A stretch of 64,000 bases of DNA from Eledone cirrhosa. Its lineage: Eukaryota. The stretch covers positions 222,146,001 to 222,210,000 of the forward strand of contig OZ024743.1 of the NCBI GenBank assembly GCA_964016885.1. Reading direction: 5' to 3'. A program made the position numbers and the translations under genes. The notes beneath the pieces are model-generated. The model did no database searches, was not told the origin of the DNA, and saw only the letters and a list, made by a program, of their open reading frames with translations. This document shows, piece after piece, positions 25,072 to 35,239 of this stretch (position 1 is the stretch's first letter; the number at the start of each line of letters is the position of its first letter).

Positions 25072-27335
25072 AGTATAACATTAATGACTTACCTTCTCCT
25101 TTCATCCAAAGGTCAAAATAGCTGGGGAAGTCTCCTTTATAATCAAATGAATTAGCCCCTATCAAATGTCTGTAGAATGACACAATCATAGCCTTTGGGT
25201 TGCGGTTTAAGTATATGATTTTGTGACCATTCAACAATTCTGGAGCAAGAAGATCAACAGTAAGATGTGTGTTCAAAAATCGCGGAGATTCAGCTGCTTC
25301 TAGAATTTCCAATGGTGCCATTCCTAACAGCAGATCTTCTTTTATAATGGAAACTCTTTCACAATTTCCTTTCAGTATCATATTAACTATTTCAAACAAC
25401 CAATGAGAACCTGAAATTTTGATACAATATAACCATGTAATGATATCTGTTTCACTATAGGAAAACAGATATAACCATACAGTGATATCTATTACGGTTT
25501 CACTATAGGAAAACAGATATAACTATACAGTGATATCTGTTTCTGTTCCACTATAGGAAAACAGATATAGCTATACAGTGATATCTGTTTCTGTTCCACT
25601 ATAGAAAAATAAACCGATATAACCATATAGTAACATCTGTTTTTGTTTCACTATATAAAAACAAACAGATATAACTATATAGTGATATCTGTTTTTGTTT
25701 CACTATATAAAAGCAAACAGATATAACTATATAGTGATATCTGTTTCTGTTTAATTAAAATATTCCAATTGAATTACATTTCTTTCCCTAGCACAATGTA
25801 ACTTTCTAAAGAATTTATAAGAATTTTATAAACTTCTTAGTTCTGATTTAAGTATGGGTCTGTTAATGCAGTGATCATTTGTTGAGATCACAAAAGGTGA
25901 CTGAGATTAATTATATATGTCATTGCACAGCAAATGATATAATTTATAAAAAGTATGTAATGGCATTTGACTAAGTAAAGCACAGTGTATAGCAGTGTTT
26001 CTCAATCAGTGTGCCCTGGAACCCAAGGGTTCAGCAAGAGGTCACATGGGGTTCCGCAAGAACAGTGATAAATATGCTAATTCATTTTTGAGTAATATGG
26101 CATATTGTTGGGAAATTCTTGGTTAGTATAATAAAGGCTTCAAACTCTTATATTATCTAAAATAGGCCGTTACCCATCGATGGTGTGAAAAGTTAATACA
26201 TTTTCATCCAGAATAAACACAAAAAGTTAAGAAAGTGTGACACCAAGAATAAAGTGACCAAATGTATGTGACCAAAATAATACAACATTGATATATACAA
26301 ACAGGTCGAATACTAATCTTGACCATCTCAAATAGACAAGATTCAATAAAAATCAATCAAAAATCCATGATAGATTTCTGAGAAATCCAGCAAGATACAC
26401 CACGGGTTATACAATGTGTATGTGTAGCGCTCTCTAGACAGGGAAGTAGCTAGAGTTACCTCCCGTCGAAAGTCTTGAACCCTCTTTGTAACTTCCGGAA
26501 AGAGGATATAAACAGCGGCAACGCAGTCAAGCCTTCTCTTTTTTGGTGCCTTCCTTCGAACTGACAACACTGAAGACAAGCATGTTAACTTTTCTCTGAC
26601 CACCTATCATGGATCTGGACGATACCTAATTATGTACGAGAATATTTGTTTACAACAATTATAACATGGAACTACAATAAAAATGAAGACTTATATTCGA
26701 TACCCATTCCGAGAAACTGCTTACGTTTTATCATTACCTTTGTAATGGGATTAACTCTCATTCGACATGGTTTATGTAAAAATATCTTATTCTTTTCTTT
26801 ATAAAATTTAGTAGTTAGATTCCGGTGACATTTACTCGAGTAAAAAACCCTGGGTCTGGCAGAACACTAAATATGCAAGTCATAGATGCATCTAGTGATA
26901 GAACAGGAATATCTCTTCATTAGCAGGTGTTCATTCAAAAATATCTTACATAGTCCAGTTTCGAGAAGGCAGTGGGACATTCTACCATAGTAGTAAATTC
27001 CTCAAAAGAGGCAGGTAAATTCAAGGTGTGAACGAAGAGATTTTTTCACAACATTTTGTGAATAACTTCCCAAATTACACAATGTTACATATGATGCAGT
27101 AATGTTTTTAAGAAATCATACTGTAAAAACCCTTACCTGCTCCAGGAAATGAATACATCAAGATATCATCAGGTCTGTATTTTATTGCATCTAGTTTACT
27201 CATAGCTTGTGGTATCATTGGTACATGGATCATGTTGTATCCTTTGTATCTATAAACTGGTAGTGGATTCCCATCTTTGCCATAGTATTTTACAGAAATA
27301 CATTCATCTTCATGTTTTAACTCTTTAGAATCCAT
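7008..27335 (-). CDS. Cytosolic sulfotransferase (SULT)-fold protein, 299 aa, 5 coding exons: join(27335-27137,25410-25093,22283-22186,11628-11451,7114-7008); PAPS-binding motifs divergent
   Basis: All introns GT-AG with compatible phases (1,1,0,1). Exon lengths 199+318+98+178+107 = 900 nt. SULT landmarks [51 protein letters not shown]. An acceptor at 27352-27353 implies a further upstream non-coding exon. Confidence 0.92.
7527..7607. mobile_element. Tiny Tc1/mariner MITE
   Basis: ta|cagggagtcccaaaa ... ttttggacaccctg; termini resemble those of the element at 61872. Confidence 0.55.
7608..7842. repeat. (TA)n microsatellite interrupted by ttttcatt
   Basis: Directly visible; source of poly-IY spurious ORFs. 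Confidence 0.95.
7910..8700 (+). mobile_element. Two 5'-truncated RTE LINE 3' fragments
   Basis: GRPKKTW-type C-termini ([18 protein letters not shown]...DRDLWRHAV); the first ends in a (GAT)n tail. Confidence 0.8.
8695..9460. repeat. ~400-bp tandem repeat, about two copies (same family as 3430-4260)
   Basis: actcagccgttaatatgcataagg...agagccgtactaagagtgggaaat is repeated. Confidence 0.85.
9520..9848 (+). mobile_element. 3' fragment of a Tx1/L1-type LINE
   Basis: Translates [29 protein letters not shown], matching the C-terminus of ORF 40853-44044; ends ttgtggtcaataaagaaa plus (ATT)n. Confidence 0.75.
9915..10678 (+). mobile_element. 5'-truncated RTE LINE (ORF end plus 3' UTR)
   Basis: LRWMC...RLRWYGHV...GRPRKT; 3' tail taacccatgctagc...ttaaacgatgatgat. 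Confidence 0.9.
11150..11370. mobile_element. piggyBac-like MITE
   Basis: TIRs ccctttagcattta / taaatgctaaaggg followed by TTAA; other copies at 46178-46398 and ~59828-60036. Confidence 0.7.
11451..11628 (-). CDS. SULT-like coding exon 4 ([18 protein letters not shown]...GGTFYHS/G)
   Basis: Acceptor tttaacag, donor gtacat; phase 0 in, phase 1 out. Confidence 0.9.
11784..11944. mobile_element. Mariner-derived MITE
   Basis: ta|cgagggttgactgaaaaattcataggctga ... tcagcctatgaacttttcagtc inverted repeat. Confidence 0.65.
12410..12632 (+). mobile_element. tRNA-derived SINE, near full length, abundant family
   Basis: A/B-box-like head (tggtagagc...gagttcaaaatcc). Further copies at ~6875, 11030, 23330, 33405, 33705, 34170, 49735, 49950, 55165, 59190 and 60950. 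Confidence 0.85.
12660..12905 (+). mobile_element. tRNA-derived SINE, second family
   Basis: agtggttagagtg...gggttcaattcct head followed by gtgtccttgaacaaaacattttatttcac; reverse fragments at ~6215-6335 and ~28020-28100. Confidence 0.7.
12931..13334. mobile_element. Foldback element (long imperfect palindrome)
   Basis: The left arm attgtaatattagggaagggtcatg... is the reverse complement of the right arm ...catgaccctccccaatataacaat over nearly the whole length. The same terminus occurs at ~32003-32070. Confidence 0.8.
13441..21848. repeat. 48-bp tandem array, ~175 highly similar units, in SULT intron 3
   Basis: Unit acactgtaaagtggttgtgttggtataatgacaaaaagcacccagtcc; only point variants and a few 1-3 nt deletions; no unique spacers. 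Confidence 0.98.
21849..22010 (+). mobile_element. RTE-type 3' tail or SINE end contiguous with the 48-bp array
   Basis: ggtgttaggaagggcatccagc...taacccatg...ttaaatgatga, as in RTE 3' UTRs at ~10500, ~29750, ~36350 and ~51640. Confidence 0.8.
22186..22283 (-). CDS. SULT-like coding exon 3 ([33 protein letters not shown])
   Basis: Acceptor tttatag, donor gtaaat; 98 nt; phase 1 in, phase 0 out. Not in the ORF track. Confidence 0.9.
22456..22667. repeat. Perfect tandem duplication, period 110 bp
   Basis: cactagaatagccagg...ccacaaatgtc occurs at 22456 and 22566. Confidence 0.9.
22945..23250 (+). mobile_element. RTE LINE 3' fragment, second family with (GAA)n tail
   Basis: [19 protein letters not shown]...RPRGRP; related pieces at ~1740-1900 (-), ~47180-47460 (+) and ~58440-59050 (-). 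Confidence 0.7.
24050..24985 (+). repeat. Diverged ~48-bp tandem array (~16 units) ending in the same retroposon tail
   Basis: Units like aaaatgctcccagtccaccctgtaaagtagtagtgctggtgccacaat, followed by gtggttggcattaggaatgacattc...ttaaatgatgatga. Confidence 0.88.
25093..25410 (-). CDS. SULT-like coding exon 2 (GSHWLFEIV...PRFLNTHL...[13 protein letters not shown]...WMKGE)
   Basis: Acceptor atttcag, donor gtaagt; 318 nt. Confidence 0.93.
25425..25752. repeat. ~45-50-bp minisatellite (~7 units), each unit internally palindromic
   Basis: gtgatatctgttt..cactata..aaacagatataactataca units. Confidence 0.85.
25992..26420 (+). mobile_element. hAT (Charlie-like) element, left portion
   Basis: Begins cagtgtttctcaa...ggaacccaagggttc...ggggttccgc; right TIR not identified. 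Confidence 0.5.
26423..26767 (+). mobile_element. Possible LTR
   Basis: TG...CA ends, internal gatataaa and aataaa, followed by TGG (PBS-like); no TSD found. Confidence 0.35.
27137..27335 (-). CDS. SULT-like coding exon 1 (MDSKELK...[14 protein letters not shown])
   Basis: gccATGG start context, in-frame upstream TGA, donor gtaagg. Confidence 0.9.
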
Positions 27336-28136
27336 GGCCTTTTCTCAGTATCTGAAAGTGTTGTTGTTGTTGTTCTTTAAAATCCAACAATTTTCCCAGG
27401 AAATTCCTAAAGAAAAACTTGTTTGTTGTTGTTTTGTTATTTTACCTTGTCTGATGTGACAAATTACATTTATGAAGATATTTTTTCTCTTATAATGCAC
27501 ACAGAACAAACAGTGTTGTTGTACGATTTATATTCTTGAATGCAGATTGTGTATTAGGTCAATTTGTTTTATTCAAATCTTGAGTATCTATGGAAATTGT
27601 TTATCATTCTTTCTTAGTTTGAATTTAAAAAATGATCTAATCTGCTAAATGGGCCAAAGTCCACACCAGTTATAATTATTTTTCTTCTTTAGTTAAGTTT
27701 ATTGGTTATTGTGGATTGGTTATTATATTGCATTGATGATGACTTATCAAAAAACCCACAATATCTGTCCCACCCTTGCAAGCAGGGAAAAGCAGGCGTA
27801 AAATGATGATGATGACGATGATGATGATCTCTCATTTGATGAACTTGGGCTGTTTGTGTAGTTAAATGTATGAGGTGGTGAGAGCTGGTCTCAAATCACT
27901 GACACTCACAGAGGAGAAGACGAAGGAATGCAACAAGAGGAGAGATGCTGTACTGAAAAGGACCCATCCAACAATCATGAAAAAGCGAACGTAAAAATGA
28001 CATATATATATTTGTCCCATGGCTAGTGCTTATCCTGATTTCATTCATGTTAAGCAACTAAGAGTACAAAACTCTAACCACTAGGCTGCGTAACTTCACA
28101 CGCCCATCCATTCAATCTTTCTAATTTCTCATTCTT

Positions 28137-28172
28137 TCTTCTGATGAAGGACTAATGTCCAAAACGTTAAGA
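28137..28172 (+). ncRNA. Degenerate minimal type I hammerhead ribozyme (GAAA mutated to AAAA)
   Basis: tctt-CTGATGA-a-ggac taat gtcc-AAAA-cg-tt-aaga, with palindromic stem III ACGT. Confidence 0.5.
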
Positions 28173-28224
28173 CCCTCTTCCTGCTATTTCAGACGTTAAC
28201 CTAATATATTCCTTGCATATACTG

Positions 28225-28816
28225 TACTAGCATGGGAGGGGTGTATCGAGGCCATAGTATCTAGATTAAGGACGGGTTGGAAGAAGTTTAGGGAGCTGCT
28301 TCCTCTGCTGACGAAGAAGGGTTTCTCCCTGCATACGAAAGGCTGGTTATATGAAGCCTGTGTGAGGAGCGTGATGCTGCATGGTAGTGAGACTTGGGCA
28401 GCAACTGCAGAGGATATGCGATGGCTGGAGAGAAATGAGGCAAGCATGCTCCGTTGGATGTGCAATGTCAATGTGCGTGAACAACCCAACACAAATGTGT
28501 TGAGAGAGAAACTGTGTCTGAGAGGGATAGAATGTAGTGTACAGGAGAGGAGACTGAGGTGGTATGGACATGTGATGCACATGGAGGATGACCGGTGGGT
28601 GAAGAAGTGCCAGGAAATACCAGTTGAAGGAAGACGTGGTAGAGGTAGACCACGAAAAACATGGGCGGAGGTGGTGAAAACAGACCTCAGATCGCTGAAG
28701 CTCACGGTAGAGATGACGAAGGACCTTGACAAGTGGAGAGATGCTGTGCTGAATAGGACCTGTCCCACCCTTGCAAGCAGGGAAAAGCAGACGTAAAATG
28801 ACGATGATGATGATGC
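28225..28816 (+). mobile_element. 5'-truncated RTE LINE
   Basis: ORF 28362-28796 VMLHGSETWA...RLRWYGHV...GRGRPRKTW; (GAT)n tail. Confidence 0.92.
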
Positions 28817-28966
28817 TATATATATATTATGTAATAAACAACACAATATAATTATTCCATGTAGTTATTCCATAACCCAAGGTTTCTCAAAGTTGGACGA
28901 TTCTAACAGAGGCGCCTGAACTCGTTCATCAGATATATATACTATGTTTAATATAGAAATGGCCTC

Positions 28967-29011
28967 TTCTACAGGATTAGAACTGTTTCATTCAAAAGAA
29001 ATCACCAGGAA
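28967..29011 (-). ncRNA. Degenerate type I hammerhead ribozyme (CUGGUGA core), paralog of 63925-63977
   Basis: rc: ttc-CTGGTGA-tttc tttt gaat-GAAA-cagttctaatcctg-TA-gaa; an inverted partial copy lies adjacent at ~29016-29038. Confidence 0.55.
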
Positions 29012-29326
29012 TAAATGAAACATTTCTAGTCCTATAGTCCTATATTAAACAAGATGTTTACACTTTACTAAATGTGGTTACCCCTAATTGAACCTGGGAC
29101 TCATATATATATATATATATATATACATATATAAATGTCATATATACATTTATATATATGTTAGAAAGGGTATCTAGCCGTAGAAACCAAGTCAAAATAC
29201 AGGACCGTATGCGCATGACATCGTCTCTGGACCTGACTTGTCTCGCAACAGGACAACTCATCTAACCCATGCTAACATGGAAAAATGTTGTTGATGATGA
29301 CAATTATGTAAATAAATATATATATA

Positions 29327-29906
29327 TATGAAAGACGACAGCTGTATAAAAAAGTGCAGGGCAATAAAAATAGAAGGTAGCCACGGAGTAGGCAGACCCA
29401 GAAAAACCTGGGACGGCCTGATAAATTCCGACCTCACACACTTACACCTCTCCAAGACAATGTCACTGGACCTAGATCTTTAGCGCTACACAGTAATACA
29501 GAAGACCCGCCTTACCTAAGTACAAAGTGAAACCTACTACAGTCAGTAGGCACCTTTAACAAAAATACACCCCGTCCCACTACCCCCACCCCATCCACAC
29601 CACCCCTTTCAATATAAAGTTATGTTGGTACCACAACATCCAGTCCGAAACAAATGAGGTCGTGTAGGTGTCACGACAAAACAACACACAGTCCACGCTG
29701 TAATGTGGCCATGTAGGTAACACGGTAAAAACCTCCCAGTCCACACTGTAAACGTGGTTGGTGTTAGGAAGGGCATCCAGCCGTAGAAAACCCGCCAGAC
29801 AGCCCTATGCGAGCAAGACAACCACTCTTGCCTCAAGTGGGAAAACTCCCGTCCAAACCCATACAAGCATGGAAGATGGACGTTAAACGATGATGATGAT
29901 GATGAT
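29327..29906 (+). mobile_element. 5'-truncated RTE LINE, same subfamily as 35240-36636
   Basis: atgaaagacgacagctgtataaaaaagtgc... plus 3' UTR and (GAT)n tail. Confidence 0.88.
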
Positions 29907-30246
29907 ATATATATATAAATATATATATATATAAATATAAAAATCTTTGTAATATAACCTTACTCTACTACCTCAAATATCAAGTACTCTGTTGAGTAAT
30001 GGTCTAACCAGTTTCAAAATGAATCCATCCTGATTTACACACACACACACACACACACACAAATATGATGTTTGTGTATATGTGAATAAATTTCATAAGT
30101 ATGAAGACTTGTTGCACTGAATTAGCTTAACCTGTGTAAATAAAATAAAAGATAAGATTATAAAAGATATTTACAGGTCATATTATCATCATATAATCAT
30201 AAGTTGATACAAAGTCGTACATTTTTATATGAAAAAGTATTTAGTT

Positions 30247-30960
30247 GCAGGCATGGCTGTGAGGTTAAGGTGTACACTTAACAACCATGTAGTTTTGGGT
30301 TCACTGCCAATGAGTGGCACCTTGTGCATGTATCTTCTACTATAGCCTCAGGTTGACCAATGCCTTGTGTGTGAAAATTGTTAGATGGAAACTTTAAAAG
30401 ATCATCATTATGTATATGTACGTTTGTTTATGTTTCATGACTTAGTGGTTCAATAAAATGTACCAGACCTGAGAAAATAAATACTAGGGTTGATATGATT
30501 GACCAAATCTGTTGAAGGCAATGCCCCCATATGACCACAGTCTAATACTATACCAATAAGTAAATACTGGAGGTTGATATGATTGACCAAATCTGTTGAA
30601 GGTAGTGCCTCTGTATGACCACAGTCAGTGCTGGACTTACCATTCTGCTTAAGCACAGGGCCCCATTAGCCAAGGAGGCCCATCTTCCTGCCAAAAAATT
30701 GTTTTACTTCCACAGTAAGGGGCCACATAGCTTAACTATCACAGGGCCTCATTTGTCCTAAATCTGGCACTGACCACAATCTAATGCTAAAACCAGTATA
30801 TAAATACTGGGGTTGATATAATTGACCCAATCTGTTGAAGGCATTATCCTAGTATGACCACAGTCCAATGCTAAAACTAGTCAGTAAATACTGGGATTGG
30901 AGGTTGTGTCCCAGTATGACCAGTCTAATGCTAAAACCAGTAGATCAGTAAAATAATAAA
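30247..30960 (+). mobile_element. tRNA-headed SINE-like element with ~85-bp internal tandem repeats
   Basis: gcaggcatggctgtgaggttaag head; repeats of taaatactggggttgatatgattgaccaaatctgttgaaggc. Confidence 0.65.
30626..30772. mobile_element. hAT MITE nested in the SINE repeats
   Basis: TIRs cagtgctggactta / taaatctggcactg; 8-bp TSD accacagt / accacaat. Confidence 0.75.
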
Positions 30961-31703
30961 AGAAACGTTGAGTACTATACATGCACCTTTGATGAGTTGT
31001 AGTGCACCTGAGCACTGTACACAATAATTTTCATTATTATTATTTATTTTTTATAAATTAGTTATAGCAATATATGACTGGCACTCAGGGCTGGATGAAG
31101 TTATTTTGAGACCCTAAACATCTAAAAGATTGCAGTGCGCCCTCTCCCGCCACCACCACCATACACACACGCCATATATCTATCCATTACCCTTAACTCT
31201 TAATTAAGTCATAACAACACTGCATTTCATAGACATTTAAGCTTAGCAGAACTTATCCCTCTCTGGATCTCAACACAGCCGATTGCCTGAAGAGAGAGGA
31301 GGAAAGAAAGTAAGAAAGGGTTAGAGAGAAATACCTGACTGCAACATTGGACTGGTACTTTATTTATCACCTTGAAAGGATGATAAAGTTGACCACGGCG
31401 GGGACATGAATTTTAAATGAATACTGAAAAACCAATTCACTGCTTTGCCTTGTCACTATAAATTCTGCAAAAACATTTTTAGGCATTTAAAATGCCTTTA
31501 ATTTGAATAAAATGGTAGCCCTCTTCATTTGATAGTCTAAGGATGTGTTTATTTTACTTAATAGTTAATTCAGCTTTTCTGACATTTATTTTAACACCCG
31601 CAGAAAATACATAAATACATGTGGTGATGGACGTGATTTTCCCGCAGAATGTAAAGGGACATAACTACACAATATCAACCAATCGCATGAGTTGTTTCCC
31701 TTA

Positions 31704-31853
<150 letters not shown>

Positions 31854-31949
31854 AACAAGGGGAGAATACTGCATGGTTGCACACGGATTACATATTATAA
31901 AATTAGTCCCTCATCAGTGATTTGCCAACGATCATTGGTATTTCATCGC

Positions 31950-32008
<59 letters not shown>

Positions 32009-32175
32009 ATATTTGGGGAGGGTCATATTGTTATAATATTGCCAGAAATAATAACAGAACACACTCACTATATATATAGAGGTAGAACACTGGAAGGTAA
32101 TATCCGTAGTGGTAGAACACTCAGTCCACGGGACGAGTTTGGTAGAAGTAGTAACACAACAGTTAGTTCACCATA

Positions 32176-32216
32176 CCGAGAACAATTGTTTCACCTTATG
32201 GGGATCTTAAGCTCGG
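32176..32216 (-). ncRNA. Type I hammerhead ribozyme motif with a core mutation (CUUAAGA)
   Basis: rc: CCGAG-CTTAAGA-t cc ccataa gg t-GAAA-caattg-TT-CTCGG; perfect stem I and palindromic stem III. Confidence 0.65.
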
Positions 32217-32500
32217 ACTGGTAATGGTTATACGGAACAGGAAGAACAACCGTATGAACGCGCGTCGGGGATGCCTGTTTCACTCAACGGATTGTCAACT
32301 CGAGTGAGGTTGTGCTGAGACTTCCGTTCTCACGCACACACCCACATGAATATATGTATGTATATACACGCGCAAACCTGCCCTACCTGTTGTACTTCAA
32401 CACCCACATACGTCCACACACAAAAAATAGGGCCGATATTTATATATACGCCAATCATCTCACAAATCACAACAAACACTATATCTTTTTTGTCACATCA

Positions 32501-32578
32501 CCAGTCTGAAGAGCAGACCGATAATGGAGTCGGGGCCATACTCGCAGAGCCAATCGTTTGCGAAACGTGCGTAACAGG
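32501..32578 (+). ncRNA. Type I hammerhead ribozyme with extended stem II
   Basis: ccagt-CTGAAGA-GCAGAC...GTTTGC-GAAA-cgtgc-GTA-acagg; one mismatch in stem I. Confidence 0.72.
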
Positions 32579-32994
32579 TCGATACACAATAAAAATCTAA
32601 AACATGTAAACGAAACTTCATCGTTTTTTTTTTTTTATATATATATTCTTTTTTTTGGGGGGGGGGGGGGCTAAGCGATGAGTCTAGAAACGCGGGAGTT
32701 TCACCTCAGTACTCACATGACCATCAAACATATCATTAAGCCATAATAAGTTTTGATACTCTATTTTGGTACAGTATCTTTAATGCTGTAGCTTGTGATT
32801 GTGTAAGAGTTATCTCCCATGAACATTATCTAGGATGTGTGTTAATTTTGTTTTTCAAATACTGTAACCAATAAAAGCAGTTGTAGCAATAAACATATTT
32901 TTTATGACTTAGTCAAATGTGACGGGGTAACAGAGATAATCTTTTACCCAGTTTAACACCATCAGCTGGCTTTTGGCTGCTCACTCTATTGCAA

Positions 32995-32997
<3 letters not shown>

Positions 32998-33080
<83 letters not shown>
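32998..33080. repeat. (CT)n microsatellite
   Basis: Directly visible. Confidence 0.95.
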
Positions 33081-33081
<1 letters not shown>

Positions 33082-35097
33082 ATCAGTCGTAGATGCCCTT
33101 CATCCTGACGAAGTGATAAAACACAAACACAAACACTCAGGACCCTTTTCTTGTCGTCCTAGACTGGTGGAAGAAAGTTATCCTTATTCCGAAGACCTGA
33201 TCTAAATGCTTGCAATCTTGTGAACTCTGTGACAACACCACAGGGCTAGGGGATGCTGCTAAACCGGGAGATGGATTTATAATTGTTGCTACTTCTGTCT
33301 GCACGAATTAACAAAAGAAAAGAAGAATTTTTAAAAGGATAATAATAAACCATTTATAAAGTATTATAACTATTTAACATTAACAGACTGGTTAATAATA
33401 TTTTCTTATTTAGGCACAAGGCCAACAATTTGTGGGGAGGGAGGAAAGTCGATTAAATCGACTCCAGTTAGTTACTGGTACTTTATTTTATTGATTTCGT
33501 AAGGATGAAAGGCAAAGCTAACCTCGGCAGGATTTGAAATCAGAATGCAAAGGGCCGTAACTCTATCTCACAATGATATGAAAATAGGTATCAGGGAAGA
33601 ATATATCAACATCACCGTTTACTGTCCATGGACGGGTTGTCCATGTTATGAGACATGTCTGACTAGTATTGGCTGCTCCATACCTTTTTCAGACAGATTA
33701 ATTTAATGGTTTCTGATTTAGGTACAAGGCCAACAAACTTGAAGAAAGAGTAAAGTCAATTAAATCGACTCCAGTGCATTACTGGTAGTTTATTTTATTG
33801 ACCCTGTAAGGATGAAAGACAAAGCTAACCTCAGCAGGATTTGAACTCAGAATGTAAAGAGCCGTAACTCTGTACTGCAAAGCATGGTGTCTGACACTCT
33901 ACCGATTCTGCAAATCCAACGCAAGGAATTAATTTAATGAAATATAATAATAATCATATAACAAATGCACACACACATACATATCCTACATATATGTTCT
34001 ATAAGGTGGTAGTGCTGGTGCCACAATAACAAGCCCCTGGTACACTCTGTAAAGTGGTTAGTGTTTGGAAGGGTATCCAACCATAGAAACCATGTCAAAA
34101 TAAAATATGTGAGAAAGGCATGATCTATTACTATGACACCCCATCTAACCCATACCAGATTTAAAATAGTAGTGGTTTCTGATTTAGGCACAAAGCCAAC
34201 AATTTTGGGGGTGGGGAAAGCCAATTAAATCAACCCCAGTGTATTACTCGTACTTTATTTTATCAAACCCCGTAAGGATGAAAGGCAAAGCTACTCTCAG
34301 CAGGATTTAAAATCAGAACGTAAAGGGCCGTGACTCCATGCCATAAAGCATGTTGTCCGGCACTCTGCTGGTACTGCCAATCCACCACCCTTAGAGGTAA
34401 AATAATAATGACATGTGTTAGTATGTTATAGTGTTTAAATATTTATAAAATACTCTTGTAATAGATTGATTTATTCATTCCACTGAAGTCTTTTTTTCTT
34501 TACTATTTTATTGATTGTTTTGTTGTTGTTGTTTTTTGTGTTATTTTTTTTTTTGCCTAAGCAACCCGGAGCCATAGAAAGTCGTTTAACTGGTATTGGA
34601 TGGGGTGGATGAGCTGTGTCTATGGTACCCACTGAACAACTCCAAAGTTTTATGGAGAAAGTGAAGGTCGAGTATTATCTATCTGACTTAAAAATGAGCT
34701 GGCAAAGTGACAAAATCAGTTTTTGCCTCAAAGCCAGGAAATGGTGCTGCAGTGAAATGATCAGAGATAGAATGAAATATTATTTCATTATTACAATGAT
34801 GATGATGATACGGTTTTCTTTATTAAAAAAGAAAAAGATGAAAACGAAATTTAGAGGGTAGATTTATATATATATATATATGTGTGTATACATATGTATA
34901 TGTGTGTATATATCATCATCATCGTTTAACGTCCATCTTCCACGCTAGCATGGGTTTTATATATATATATATATATACACACATGTTAATCATATATATA
35001 CATACATACATGTAGATCATATATATATATATACATATATATATATAAATTTATAACTCTACAAAGTTAACTATAAATGTAACTATGTTAATGTAAA

Positions 35098-35149
<52 letters not shown>

Positions 35150-35153
35150 GATC

Positions 35154-35215
<62 letters not shown>

Positions 35216-35239
35216 GGTATATATATATATATATATATA

